Shown: piece after piece, positions 1-11,264 of the stretch
Position numbering within the stretch: the stretch's first letter is position 1
Layout: every line of letters begins with the position of its first letter
NCBI RefSeq assembly: GCF_000372725.1
Contig: NW_005201421.1
Location: 1-64,000, forward strand
Length of the DNA: 64,000 nucleotides
DNA from: Emiliania huxleyi CCMP1516
Taxonomy: Eukaryota
Direction of reading: 5' to 3'
The notes under the pieces: generated by a model
What the model saw: only the letters and a program-made list of their open reading frames with translations
Told to the model about the DNA's origin: nothing
Database searches by the model: none
Program-made: the position numbers and the translations under genes

Positions 1-606
1 GGTTCCGGTGGAACTTGGCGTCCCTCCCATCGGAATGGGGGGTTACAAGTTTTTCCGTTAGGACCAAACAATCCCCCCCTCGGGGAGGGGGGCGGTCTCC
101 GGCAGAAAGAGCTCCATCTCCAACGGGAATGGATGTCCCGCTGTCTCCCACGGCGTGCGATCTAGAACCAGCACACGCGCCTCTGCTTGCATACACTCAT
201 ACATTGGATTGTCATTGCCTGTGAGTGCGAGATAGGGCTGGCCGCTGGCGGCTAGCCCCTGAGGAGAGTGACCAGAGACACCTCACATGACCCCACACAC
301 GGTCTAGTCCGGCCTCGCGGTCGGCGGAGATTGCTAGAGGACGAGCAAGCCTGCTCTAGCCTCGCACGTTGCTTCCTGTCGTCTGTTGTTTGTTGTGCCC
401 TTGTTTGTTTCTCTTGGCACCTTGGAGAGTGCTGGGGGGGGCGACAGGAAGAATGTGGCCCTGAGTTATGTGTACGCCAACTCAGGGTGTGTGGCAGCCA
501 GCTGGCTGTGTGTCTTGTGAGCTTGTTTGTGTCTGTGTGTCGTTCGTGCGTGTCGTCATCATCTGTCTCGCGTCCACCCATACCGCGTTGGTGTCCAGTC
601 CGAGCC

Positions 607-914
607 TGGCTGTTCTTCACCTTTCTACCTACCTACCTACCTGACTCGCGCCAAAACGCCCTACCTACCTACCTATCCCCAGGCCGCGCAGCGAAGCGAA
701 AAAAGATGAAAATATGGGCTACCTACCTATTGCAGGGCCCTTTTGGGCCAAACAAGACCAACCTACCTACCTATCTGGGTGGGAGGGGCCAGCCAGTGCC
801 GACAGACCCCCTATCCGGGTAGGAGCCGGAACCCTGGTTTCTCTTTGCGTTCTCGCGCATGGAGTGAGGGGTATCTCGACTGGCTGTTCTTCACCTTTCT
901 ACCTACCTACCTAC
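607..914 (+). repeat. Dispersed repeat/TE end: TGGCTGTTCTTCACCTTTC(TACC)n, two copies with further TACC blocks between them
   Basis: Identical 34-mer at 607-640, 881-914 and 34751-34784. Confidence 0.7.
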
Positions 915-922
915 TGTTGCCA

Positions 923-1016
923 TCCCAAACTGTCACTCCCCTTTCTCCCGGCCGGGGTGGGGCGCGCGCGGGGGCGGCGGGTGTGCGGGATGTCTGTGGG
1001 CCCGAGAGCGATGCGT
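923..1016. repeat. ~95-bp dispersed repeat, inverted copy at ~60469-60559
   Basis: tcccaaactgtcactcccctttctcccggccgggg...cccgagagcgatgcgt matches the reverse complement near 60.5 kb. Confidence 0.75.
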
Positions 1017-1658
1017 CATGGGTGTGTGTCCGCCTTGCGTTTGTTTCATAACATGAGGCTAGCTCAAAAAAGAAAGAACGAATGGAGGCCGCCGCATTCG
1101 TACTGATAGTAAACGGGTCAGAACCGGCCAAACACAGGCTACAGCCCCACACACGCGCCCGCCATAGCTCCTGGAGAGCATGCGCGAGTGACGCGCTACA
1201 AGCTGCGAGAGTGGCATCAGAGGCAGGAACGACGTGCTCTTGCTGCACCTCGCAGCTGCACCGGAGTGTGCTCGCTCGCAGTGTATGCCACGGCCGCCGC
1301 CTGCGGCAGTGCTCTCGTGCAGCTAGGCGACGCAGGTCCATCAGCAGGGCTCATCCAATGCGAGCGCACATGTGCGTAGCCGCGGGCAGGTGGCAGTGCA
1401 CAGCCGCACACCGGCTGTGGCGGCTCGAATGCCCCCGGCAGCAATGCTGGTCATTAACTTGCGTACTAGGCAGTATGCTCAGGGTGGGACAAAACACCGA
1501 CAGACGAGAGAAGAGGCCACAAAACAGACAAGCAGAATGGCAAGAGAGAGACGCTCTGCAGGCGAGCCCACGGGCCTCTTGGGCCCTCGCGTCTCTCTCT
1601 CTCGATTCGTTACACCGATTCGACCATCAATGTAATGCGGCGGGCCGATTTCGACCCA

Positions 1659-4600
1659 TCACAAATGTGGGAAGCCATTAACCTCCCTTGGCTTCCCACA
1701 CAAACCCCCCTTCATGGGGGGAGCAGCAAATGAGGTAGTCTCTGCGAAATCACAGTGAATTCGCCCTAGAGGCTTCCGTGTGGACTCGCAGCTCCGGCTG
1801 GATGTCGGCGACCTAAAGCTCGGCGGTCGTCGCTTCGCGCCGGCCGACTCCCTGTAGGACGGCGACCGCCTCCACTGTGAACCACTTTTGATGCCTAATC
1901 TCAAAGTATAGCCAGGGGGGATACCCGTAGCCCCCAAAGTGAACTGCCTGATCGACTCCCCGGCACACGGCGGAGGAGGAGGAAGACAGCACAACCCCAT
2001 CGCCAATCCTGTCGAGGTCGATCCACCGTCTCGCGCGTGAATCGGCCGCGACCTCCACCTCGAGGCGAGGGCCCACCCTTGTGTCGAGTGCCCCTCCAAT
2101 AGCTCAGTAGAAGCGCGACGTCTTCTACGGCCGCGACCATCACCATCGTAGGTCCTTGCACTGCGACTGCGCCACCGGCCAAGCTCCAGTGCGGTTGACC
2201 CCCATCCAGGAACTGCCCGACGATAGGGCTGTCGCCTCATCCATGCCGCTGACCGCGCCCAGCAGCGGGTGCTCGCCGCTGTCCACGGACGCGGCTCGTC
2301 AGGCGGCGCGGTGCCGCCGGCTGCAGCGACGGCTGTCCCGGCCGTCGCGTCCTCGAGAGAGGCGAGCGAGCCGGCAGCAGAGCCCGCATGGCCCTCACCG
2401 CCACAGCCGCTCTGCCTGCTGACCTCGCTCTCGCCGCCGCCGCCTGCAGCGGCGCCTCCGCGGCTCCGAGAGGACCCGGCCCGCGGCCGCGCCTCGTCGA
2501 GCGCCTCGTCGACGCCCTCGGCGACGCCTCCTCGCGTCGCGTGCCCGTGCGTGGCGACCGCACCGCCGGCAGAGCTCGAGTGGCCCTCCACGCCACCCCG
2601 AGACTGCCCGGCGATGGTGCTTTCGTCGCCGCGCGTTGCCGTCGCTGCCTCGCAGCGGCTCTGTGCCTCGGCGCCGAGCCGAGACATGCCAGGCGGCCCG
2701 CCGCCGCCCACCGAGACGAGGCCCGTCCCCTCGTCGTGCACCGCGTCGCTCGCGCCTCCGCCAAAGCGATCTCGATCACGCTTTGCGGCGACGGCGCCAT
2801 CGACGCCGGCTTGAGCCGCTGCTCTCGCCCAGCAGCGGTTGCTCGCCGCTGTCCACGGACGCGGCTCGTCAGGCGGCGCGGTGCCGCCGGCTGCAGCGAC
2901 GGCTGTCCCGGCCGTCGCGTCCTCGAGAGAGGCGAGCGAGCCGGCAGCAGAGCCCGCATGGCCCTCACCGCCACAGCCGCTCTGCCTGCTGACCTCGCTC
3001 TCGCCGCCGCCGCCTGCAGCGGCGCCTCCGCGGCTCCGAGAGGACCCGGCCCGCGGCCGCGTCTCGTCGAGCGCCTCGTCGACGCCCTCGGCGACGCCTC
3101 CTCGCGTCGCGTGCCCATGCGTGGCGGCCGCACCGCCGGCAGAGCTCGAGTGGCCCTCCACGCCACCCCGAGACTGCCCGGCGATGGTGCCTCCGCCGCC
3201 GCGCGTTGCCGCCGCTGCCTCGCAGCGGCTCTGTGCCTCGGCGCCGAGCCGAGACATGCTCGGCGGCCCGCCGCCGCCCACCGAGACGAGGCCCGCCCCC
3301 TCGTCGTGCACCGCGTCGCTCGCGCCTCCGCCAAAGCGATCTCGATCACGCCTTGCGGCGACGGCGCCATCGACGCCGACTTGAGCCGCTGCTCTCGCCC
3401 AGCAGCGGGTGCTCGCCGCTGTCCACAGGCGCGGCTTGTCAGGCGGCGCGGTGCCGCCGGCTGCAGCGACGGCTGTCCCGGCCGTCGCGTCCTCGAGAGA
3501 GGCGAGCGAGCCGGCAGCAGAGCCCGCATGGCCCTCACCGCCACAGCCGCTCTGCTTGCTGACCTCGCTCTCGCCGCCGCCGCCTGCAGCGGCGCCTCCG
3601 CGGCTCCGAGAGGACCCGGCCCGCGGCCGCGCCTCGTTGAGCGCCTCGTCGACGCCCTCGGCGACGCCTCCTCGCGTCGCGTGCCCGTGCGTGGCGACCG
3701 CACCGCCGGCAGAGCTCGAGTGGCCCTCCACGCCACCCCGAAACTGCCCGGCGATGGTGCCTCCGCCGCGGCGCGTTGCCGCCGCTGCCTCGCAGCGGCT
3801 CTGTGCCTCGGCGCCGAGCCGAGACATGCCAGGCGGCCCGCCGCAGCCCACCGAGACGAGGCCCGCCCCCTCGTCGTGCACCGCGTCGCTCGCGCCTCCG
3901 CCAAAGCGATCTCGATCACGCTTTGCGGCGACGGCGCCATCGACGCCGACTTGCGCCGCTGCTCTCGCCCAGCAGCGGGTGCTCGCCGCTGTCCACGGAC
4001 GCGGCTCGTCAGGCGGCGCGGTGCCGCCGGCTGCAGCGACGGCTGTCCCGGCCGTCGCGTCCTCGAGAGAGGCGAGCGAGCCGGCAGCAGAGCCCGCATG
4101 GCCCTCACCGCCACAGCCGCTCTGCCTGCTGACCTCGCTCTCGCCGCCGCCGCCTGCAGCGGCGCCTCCGCGGCTCCGAGAGGACCCGGCCCGCGGCCGC
4201 GCCTCGCCTAGCGCCTCGTCGGCGCCCTCGGCGACGCCTCCTCGCGTCGCGTGCCCGTGAGCGGCGACCGCACCGCCGGCAGAGCTTGAGCGGCCCTCCA
4301 CGCCACCCCGAGACTGCCCGGCGATGGTGCCTCCGCCGCCGCGCGCTGCCGCCGCTGCCTCGCAGCGGCTCTGTGCCTCGGCGCCGAGCCGAGACATGCC
4401 AGGCGGCCCGCCGCCGCCCACCGAGACGAGGCTCGCCCCCTCGTCGTGCACCGCGTCGCTCGCGCCTCCGCCAAAGCGATCTCGATCACGCTTTGCGGCG
4501 ACGGCGCCATCGACGCCGACTTGAGCCGCTGCCCTCGCCCAGCAGCGGGTGCTCGCCGCTGTCCACGGACGCGGCTCGTCAGGCGGCGCGGTGCCGCTGG

Positions 4601-5369
4601 CTGCAGCGACGGCTGTCCCGGCCGTCGCGTCCTCGAGAGAGGCGAGCGAGCCGGCAGCAGAGCCCGTATGGCCCTCACCGCCACAGCCGCTCTGCCTGCT
4701 GACCTCGCTCTCGCCGCCGCCGCCTGCAGCGGCGCCTCCGCGGCTCCGAGAGGACCCGGCCCGCGGCCGCGCCTCGTCGAGCGCCTCCTCGACGCCCTCG
4801 GCGACGCCTCCTCGCGTCGCGTGCCCGTGAGCGGCGGCCGCCCCGCCGGCAGAGCTCGAGTGGCCCTCCACGCCACCCCGAGACTGCCCGGCGATGGTGC
4901 TTTCGCCGCCGTGCCTTGCCGCCGCTGCATCGCAGCGGCTCTGTGCCTCGGCGCCGCGCCGAGACATGCCAGGCGGCGTGATGCCGCCCCAGCAAATCCT
5001 GTCGTCCGCAGCGTCAAGACTAACTTGAGCAAGTATTGGCTCTGCCTCCACATCGCAGTCGCTCCAACCTCTGCCAGCTCCCTTGACGCTGCTCCGTGCT
5101 GTAGCGATCTCCTTGAGAGATCCGCTAAGCCCATGCGTTGCGGCCTCTTTACCGTCAGCGTGTTCCAGCCTACCAGAATCACGTATCGGAACCACTTCCC
5201 GACGACGAATATGGTTGACGCTCGAACACGTTGCTGTTGCTTCTGGAGGTGGCCTTCCACCCCCGTGCCAACCCCTTCCAACCCCAACAAAACACCGACA
5301 GACGAGAGAAGAGGCCACAAAACAGACAAGCAGAATGGCAAGAGAGAGACGCTCTGCAGGCGAGCCCAC
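1659..5369 (-). CDS. Possible ORF with 190-aa Gly/Ala-rich repeats (coding status uncertain)
   Basis: 1236-aa open frame through all units; no known motif; high GC makes long open frames more likely by chance. Confidence 0.3.
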   Translation of the reverse strand: MGSPAERLSLAILLVCFVASSLVCRCFVGVGRGWHGGGRPPPEATATCSSVNHIRRREVVPIRDSGRLEHADGKEAATHGLSGSLKEIATARSSVKGAGRGWSDCDVEAEPILAQVSLDAADDRICWGGITPPGMSRRGAEAQSRCDAAAARHGGESTIAGQSRGGVEGHSSSAGGAAAAHGHATRGGVAEGVEEALDEARPRAGSSRSRGGAAAGGGGESEVSRQSGCGGEGHTGSAAGSLASLEDATAGTAVAAASGTAPPDEPRPWTAASTRCWARAAAQVGVDGAVAAKRDRDRFGGGASDAVHDEGASLVSVGGGGPPGMSRLGAEAQSRCEAAAAARGGGGTIAGQSRGGVEGRSSSAGGAVAAHGHATRGGVAEGADEALGEARPRAGSSRSRGGAAAGGGGESEVSRQSGCGGEGHAGSAAGSLASLEDATAGTAVAAAGGTAPPDEPRPWTAASTRCWARAAAQVGVDGAVAAKRDRDRFGGGASDAVHDEGAGLVSVGCGGPPGMSRLGAEAQSRCEAAAATRRGGGTIAGQFRGGVEGHSSSAGGAVATHGHATRGGVAEGVDEALNEARPRAGSSRSRGGAAAGGGGESEVSKQSGCGGEGHAGSAAGSLASLEDATAGTAVAAAGGTAPPDKPRLWTAASTRCWARAAAQVGVDGAVAARRDRDRFGGGASDAVHDEGAGLVSVGGGGPPSMSRLGAEAQSRCEAAAATRGGGGTIAGQSRGGVEGHSSSAGGAAATHGHATRGGVAEGVDEALDETRPRAGSSRSRGGAAAGGGGESEVSRQSGCGGEGHAGSAAGSLASLEDATAGTAVAAAGGTAPPDEPRPWTAASNRCWARAAAQAGVDGAVAAKRDRDRFGGGASDAVHDEGTGLVSVGGGGPPGMSRLGAEAQSRCEAATATRGDESTIAGQSRGGVEGHSSSAGGAVATHGHATRGGVAEGVDEALDEARPRAGSSRSRGGAAAGGGGESEVSRQSGCGGEGHAGSAAGSLASLEDATAGTAVAAAGGTAPPDEPRPWTAASTRCWARSAAWMRRQPYRRAVPGWGSTALELGRWRSRSARTYDGDGRGRRRRRASTELLEGHSTQGWALASRWRSRPIHARDGGSTSTGLAMGLCCLPPPPPCAGESIRQFTLGATGIPPGYTLRLGIKSGSQWRRSPSYRESAGAKRRPPSFRSPTSSRSCESTRKPLGRIHCDFAETTSFAAPPMKGGLCGKPREVNGFPHL
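2255..4978. repeat. Tandem array of ~4.8 x 570-bp GC-rich units
   Basis: Unit recurs at about 2259, 2829, 3399, 3969 and 4539 with few substitutions. Confidence 0.95.
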
Positions 5370-6086
5370 GGGCCTCTTGGGCCCTCGCGTCTCTCTCTCT
5401 CGATTCGTTACACCGATTCGACCATCAATCGGCGGGCCGATTTCGACCCATCACAAATGTGGGAAGCCATTAACCTCCCTTGGCTTCCCACACAAACCCC
5501 CCTTCATGGGGGGAGCAGCAAATGAGGTAGTCTCTGCGAAATCACAGTGAATTCGCCCTAGAGGCTTCCGTGTGGACTCGCAGCTCCGGCTGGATGTCGG
5601 CCGTCGGCGACCTAAAGCTCGGCGGTCGTCGCTTCGCGCCGGCCGACTCCCTGTAGGCTCCGCGAGCGCCGAGCGTTTTCCAAGTTTTTCAAACAGTCGC
5701 AAAAAATCTTCTCAGAGCGTGTCTAAGTTATTAGACTTGTCGGTAGAGCCGTAGACTTGTGCAGGGCCAGGGGGGGCCGGGGGCTTGGAGGGCGTTTGCG
5801 GACAGTCACAGACTTTCGCCCCCCGTTGCTCGCGCGCGAGTGGACACCGACGCCGTCACGCCGTCACGCGCTCTACCTACATCGTGGGCGCCTGTGTGCT
5901 ATGCTGGCATGACGAGCCGCGCGAAGGGGGCCAGGAACCGCAACACCGGCGCGTCTTCAGTGTACATGGGTGCCGCTCTCGCTGCTTTCGCCTCCCTCTC
6001 GACCTCTGCAGCTGTCACACAAACGGGGTGTAGAAGTCTGGAAAGGAGCCAGGGGCCGCCCCTCCACAGGCAAGCCAGGCCCTCCC

Positions 6087-6602
6087 TCAGGCCGCCTTTG
6101 TCTTGAAATCGTCGGCGGCGAACTCGTTGGTCGCCCTGGCCGCCGCCTCCAGCGACGCCGCGTCCCCGGCCTCAAACTTGCCCGCCTTGGCCGCCATGAA
6201 AGCAACCTGCTCACACCGCCGCGCGTGAAGAGGCGCTCTTCACGGCGGCTGCGCACCTCAAACCGCCCGTCGAGGCCACCGCGATCGACATGCCCGCGGC
6301 GACAGCCGCTGCGTACGCGCCCTTTTGCTGCGCGTTGCCGTGCAGCTTCTCGTGCTCGCCCGGCTTCTTGTTGCCCGAGACGTGCTCCGCGTAGGCGTGC
6401 GGAGGAGCGCCGCCGGCCGGGTGGGCGAGCGGGACCTGTGATGTATACCCGAGATGTAGCCGAGATGTAGCCGAGATGTAGCCGAGATAGCAGCCGGGTG
6501 GGCGAGCGGGACCTGCAGGACGAGCCGGTCGCTCTCCGCCTGCGGGGATGGTTCCGAGAAGGTTCTTGAGAGGGGGGAGCATTGAGAGGCGCAGTGCATG
6601 CT

Positions 6603-6683
<81 letters not shown>

Positions 6684-6821
6684 TGCGGCTGCGGGTGGGT
6701 CGGACCCGCAGCAGGGAAGAGAAGGCGCTGTCGAGACAACAGCCTGGCATACAAGTGCTGTCGAGACAGCCTGGGATGCAGGGTGTGCTCTCTCGGCATC
6801 TGCAGCCCGAGAGCGCAGACA

Positions 6822-6913
<92 letters not shown>

Positions 6914-7609
6914 GGGAGACAGGGTGTGCTCTCTCGGCATCTGCTGCCCGAGAAGCCTCGCGCGGGACGGCGCTGACGAGGTGGCGGCCGTTGGGGTGGG
7001 GGGCGCCGGAGGCGTCGAGGTTGGAGAAGGAGAGGACGGCGCCCGGCGTCGGGGAGACGGCGACGCCCGCCTGACCACCACGCGCACCCTGTGAAGGGAC
7101 GCCACACTCCGAGGTCGGAGGGAGCGGCGGCGGCGCGCCTCGGGAAAGATTGTCTGACCGGCGGGGTGGGCGGGGTCGGAGCCGGTGAGGTAGAGGACGA
7201 GCGTCGCGTTGGGCACCACCCCGTGCCGGTCCTCGTCGCCGTGCTTCCCCACCGGCGGCGCGCCGGGAAGATACCGGATGAGAGGCAGGCCGGCCGCGAC
7301 GAGTCGCGAGGTGTCGACGCGCCACGCCTCGCCGAGCCGCGCGACGAGGGCCTCGGCGAGCGGGTCGCCCGCCACCGGGACGAAGGCGCACCGCTTCGAC
7401 TCAAACTCGTCCACCTGGCCGATGCACGGCGCGTACGCCGCCTCGTCGGCCGGCACTTTTGTTCGCAGGTGCTTCACCTCGGCGGGCGAGAGGAAGCCTT
7501 TGGTGAGCCAGATGTCGGGCGAGGAGGAGAGGCGCTCCGTGGGGACGGTCGGCTGCGCGAGGTCGGAGGAGGAGGAGTAGGCGGCGCTCGCGAGGCCGAG
7601 GGAGAGCAT
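6087..7609 (-). CDS. Prolyl-4-hydroxylase-like 2OG-Fe(II) oxygenase, multi-exon
   Basis: FLSPAEV, IRYLPG..GKHGDED (HxD), ATLVLYL, GQTIFP, GAVLSFSN, GRHLVSAV, DRLVLQ. Confidence 0.8.
6605..6912. repeat. Intronic (CA)n and (GA)n microsatellites
   Basis: Direct observation. Confidence 0.95.
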
Positions 7610-7664
7610 GTGCAGGCGTGTGTGGCTGCGGCCGGCAAACTCGCAAGAAGAATTCTGAGGCGCA

Positions 7665-8330
7665 CGGCAAGGGCGCGGACTCGCCCGTCTAGCGTCCACC
7701 CATACCGCGTTGGTGTCCCAGTCGTTGGTCGGACTGTGTTTCGCCTTCCCATCAATCGCGGACTGGCGCGGACTGGCACACACACAAGAAGAATTCTTCC
7801 TGCAGCCTCTCTCACAGACAGCACACTGGCACGACAAGGGCGCGGACTGGCGCGGACTGACTGGCACACACACAAGAAGAATTCTTCCTGCAGCCTCTCT
7901 CACAGCACACTGGCACGACAAGGGCGCGGACTGGCGCGGACTGGCACACACACCGGCTCACCACCGGAGCCGCCTAAGCGACTCCGTTAAGAACGGCAAT
8001 GCATTCCGCACCGTGCACAATGCCGCTCTCCCCGCACGCTAGCTCGTTCACCGTTCTGCCACGCCACGGCGGTGTGGAGGACGACAGACAAGCAAGAAGA
8101 ATTTAATCCATAACTCTCTCTCACAGCAGACAGGCTCGACACAGGTGCGAACTGGCGCGTGCTAGTACTATCACAGCACACAGGCACACCACCGGAGCCG
8201 CCTAAGCGACTCCGTTAAGAACGGCAATGCACTTAGCACCGTGCACAAATGCCGCTGTCCCCGCACGCTAGCTAGCTCGTTCACCGTCTGTCTGCCACGC
8301 CACGGCGGTGTGGAGAACGACAGACAAGCG
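7665..8330. repeat. Local repeats: ~85-bp unit (caagggcgcggactggcgcggactggcacacacac...) about three times, plus a ~140-bp duplication (caccaccggagccgcctaagcgactccg...)
   Basis: Repeats at ~7757/7837/7919 and ~7959/8187. Confidence 0.8.
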
Positions 8331-8757
8331 CTGCATCTGCAGCCCGTGCCAGTTCTTGGTGGTCCATATGTGACCTCATCGAGGTGCTGAGCGTGCGAAA
8401 GTTTGTTACTAGCTGGTCCGAGTATCGGATGGGCACCTTCAGGCCGATGCACGAGGGGGTCTGTCAGTGGAGACCACTTCACAGCTATGCCTTGCTCCTT
8501 TAGGTGCACTTAGTATGACTGTCTTAGTATGTTCGACTCATTGCCCGAGACTGCCTGAGTACACTTGGAGCACTTGGAGTGCAGTCATTAACCTCACATC
8601 CAGGGCCAGGGAGCTGAGAAGCGCACCCAGCGAGCCGGATGATCGGTATCGGGCTACGGGCTAGAGAGCCCTGACCCCTAAGGCAAAACTAGAGACGTAC
8701 CTCCTCGAGGGCGTTTTCAAGAAGGCTCAGATCTGCGACTGTGGCGTTGGAGGACCA

Positions 8758-10872
8758 ATGGAGGCCGCTGCAAACCTCCCCCTTAGTAGAGCCGCCGATG
8801 CGAGTGTTGACGAGGCCGCCGGTGCGAGTGGGCGTCACCTCGCAAAGGACTACCTCCGCTACTACGGCGTGCGGCAAATCTACACCATCTCACTGCCGCG
8901 GAGAGCCGACCGCAGGGCGTTCATGCGGCGTCGCGCCGCCGCGATTCATGTGCCGCACGCCTTTCTCGACGCCTTTGATTGCCAGCGCAACGGACGCGAC
9001 GCCGCGCCGCCGGGAGTGGGGCTGCTGCAAGGCCATTTGTGCGTGCACTACTCGTGGCAGAGCGCGCTGCTCCGCGCCATCGACGAGCAGAGGTTCCCCT
9101 GTCTCATCACCGAGGATGACGTTGACCTGGTCGACTTGCCACACCCTTGCAGCTCGCTGCACGGCCCTCCCCCCGCTGAGGCGGCGGTCGTAGCCCTGCA
9201 CCATCGAGAGCTTGACCTCGCCGCGCACCCCGAGTGCCGCGCACCGCGCTTGCCTGCCGCGTCGCACGCGCACACGACCCTGACGCCGCTGCCAAAGGGC
9301 TGGTCTTTTGCGGCCCTCCTTTTCCCCTCGGAGCAGGGCGCGCGGGAGGTGCTCGCCCACCTCATGTGCCTCAACCCGTGGGAACGCCGCCCGTTGAGGA
9401 AGTGCGGCGCGTACCTCGCCAACAATCTTAGCCTTCCCGGCGTCCCGACCATGAACGTGGACACGCACGTCTTCCAGTTCTGGCAGCCCGGCGCCTCCTC
9501 CGTCGTCTGCCCGCCCCTGCTGAGAGTGGCCGGCCTCGGCTCCGACACGACAAACTCGAACGCTGTCGCGGAGGTGCCGCTCGCAAACTTTACAACAGCC
9601 TGCTCAGAAGAGGGGCCAGGCTCCCGAAGCAGCAGCCTGTCCTCTCCCAGTGAGATTGGAGAGTCAACCCGGCGGCGCAGGCAGCCCAGATCAGCCGTGC
9701 CAGGCGATGCTTCGAGTCCAGCAGCGGAAGGTGCCGGAGACGTCGCCGCAGATTCGCCAAGCGGCTGCGCGCAGCCGCTGGTGGCGGTGTGCATCGTGGG
9801 GCAGCTTCGGAGTGCGGCGAGGCTCGAGGTGGTCTCAGGTCTGCGGCAGGTGTGGGACGGCGTCGGCGCCGGCTGCGCAGACATCTACCTCAACCTCGGC
9901 GCGGAGCCTGTCGATGCCGCTCACCACCACGCAGAGGAGGCGGCGCCGTCAGAGGAGGCCCTCGCCCAGGCCATTCGCGTCCTACGACCGGTCGACTCGA
10001 TCATCAGCCGCCACCCGCTGCCGGAGGGGAGCGAGGCCGCGTGCGCGAGGCCAACCGACTTCAACTCGTCCTCGGTGCTGTGCGAGGTGCCTCCCTTTGG
10101 GCGGGAGAGCGCCGCCGGCTGGCCCAGCTGCTTTGCGGACCTGGGAGGGCGGCAGTGCACCCACTGTGCCGCCTCGCGATACCGCCTCGCCGCGTCTCGC
10201 ATCGCGCAGTGCGGCCCGATGATCCAGCGCGCAATCGATTTGGGCAAGCCGTACAGGCACCTCGTGCTGCATCGGCCAGACGTGGCCCTCGCGGGCATTC
10301 CGCCCCTCGCCGCGTGGGAGCGCACCCTCGCCCGCGTGGCGCGTGAGGAGGGCGTCGTTCGCGCCGCGCGAAAGCCCACCCCGATTCCCCCCGAGGCAGC
10401 GGACGACGGCTCCAAGCTCTGCTTCAGCCAGGACTGCGGCGACGACGCCGTGCGGTCATTGCCGTTGGCGGAGGACCTCGAGACGGAGAGAAGGGCTGAA
10501 TACGAGAGGGCTGCTGGAGGAGGCGAGCAGGGCGGCACCGCGTCGCCGATGGATCTGGTGGTACGGCGGGACGACATCTTCTTTGTCGGCTCGATTCGGC
10601 TGCTGCCCGTCTTTGCCAACGGTTCGGCGCTGTTTGGAAGGTGCCAGTCAAAGGCGCTCAACCTGCAGGCCTGCATGTTCCAGCCGCGCTGCTCGTGGCA
10701 CTGGCCGGAGTGCATCTGGGACCGCGCCTTTTTCGATCAACGGGTGCGGGCGGTGATGGTCAGGCGCGCCTGGAGGTCGGCTCGTATCGGCATCGTGCGG
10801 TCCGTTCGAACAGATCAGGCCCGAGAGGCAGGCGGGCTACCGATGGGAAGGCATCGGCGAGCCAGGTGTTAA
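8758..10872 (+). CDS. Intronless two-domain putative glycosyltransferase (GT25-like N-terminus plus second GT-like domain)
   Basis: IYTISLPRRADRR..FLDAFD..LITEDDV (GT25-like); VAVCIVGQLRS..YRHLVLHRPDV in the C-terminal half. Confidence 0.6.
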   Translation: MEAAANLPLSRAADASVDEAAGASGRHLAKDYLRYYGVRQIYTISLPRRADRRAFMRRRAAAIHVPHAFLDAFDCQRNGRDAAPPGVGLLQGHLCVHYSWQSALLRAIDEQRFPCLITEDDVDLVDLPHPCSSLHGPPPAEAAVVALHHRELDLAAHPECRAPRLPAASHAHTTLTPLPKGWSFAALLFPSEQGAREVLAHLMCLNPWERRPLRKCGAYLANNLSLPGVPTMNVDTHVFQFWQPGASSVVCPPLLRVAGLGSDTTNSNAVAEVPLANFTTACSEEGPGSRSSSLSSPSEIGESTRRRRQPRSAVPGDASSPAAEGAGDVAADSPSGCAQPLVAVCIVGQLRSAARLEVVSGLRQVWDGVGAGCADIYLNLGAEPVDAAHHHAEEAAPSEEALAQAIRVLRPVDSIISRHPLPEGSEAACARPTDFNSSSVLCEVPPFGRESAAGWPSCFADLGGRQCTHCAASRYRLAASRIAQCGPMIQRAIDLGKPYRHLVLHRPDVALAGIPPLAAWERTLARVAREEGVVRAARKPTPIPPEAADDGSKLCFSQDCGDDAVRSLPLAEDLETERRAEYERAAGGGEQGGTASPMDLVVRRDDIFFVGSIRLLPVFANGSALFGRCQSKALNLQACMFQPRCSWHWPECIWDRAFFDQRVRAVMVRRAWRSARIGIVRSVRTDQAREAGGLPMGRHRRARC

Positions 10873-11264
10873 GCCTCTCTGGGGGTGTCAACGCCTCGCT
10901 TTCTGTACGTAATTGACGGTGATGCAGAAACTTAAATGACACATCGTCGCGCGTGCGGCCGTGCGCGCCGGGGCCCGGGGGGCTCTGATAGTGAACACCG
11001 ACGATCTAATATACAGTAGAGAGTCGTCTGTTCTGAGCGCCGCGCGCTTGTGACCGGCGCCACGGTGTGCTGGGACACAGTATCGCAGCGACACTGCTGT
11101 GGGAGCTTCTTCAGCACGGAGTAATAAGCGATGCCCGTAGTCCGCCCCCGCTGGCAGCGCTGCGGGCAGAAAGGGGCCCTACGGAGGGTCGTACGGCGCC
11201 TCTCCCGCCTAGTACAGATCGTGCCGTATGAGAAGGCGCTCGGCCTCTTAGTGGCTGGCTCGGA

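Larger units (their letters stand above)
1489..5657. mobile_element. Element bounded by ~370-bp direct repeats (1489-1858, 5287-5657) enclosing a 570-bp tandem array
   Basis: Near-identical direct repeats differing by two small indels; no TG..CA termini and no RT/integrase motifs seen. Confidence 0.55.

Noticed and set aside
2269..4830. TGA/TGC alternation between repeat units in a plus frame, resembling selenocysteine recoding
   Set aside because: One site is a synonymous GCT/GCG change in the open minus frame; the peptide is low-complexity; no redox motif or SECIS identified
2255..4978. CRISPR-like array
   Set aside because: Units are 570 bp with no unique spacers, in a eukaryotic context with no cas genes
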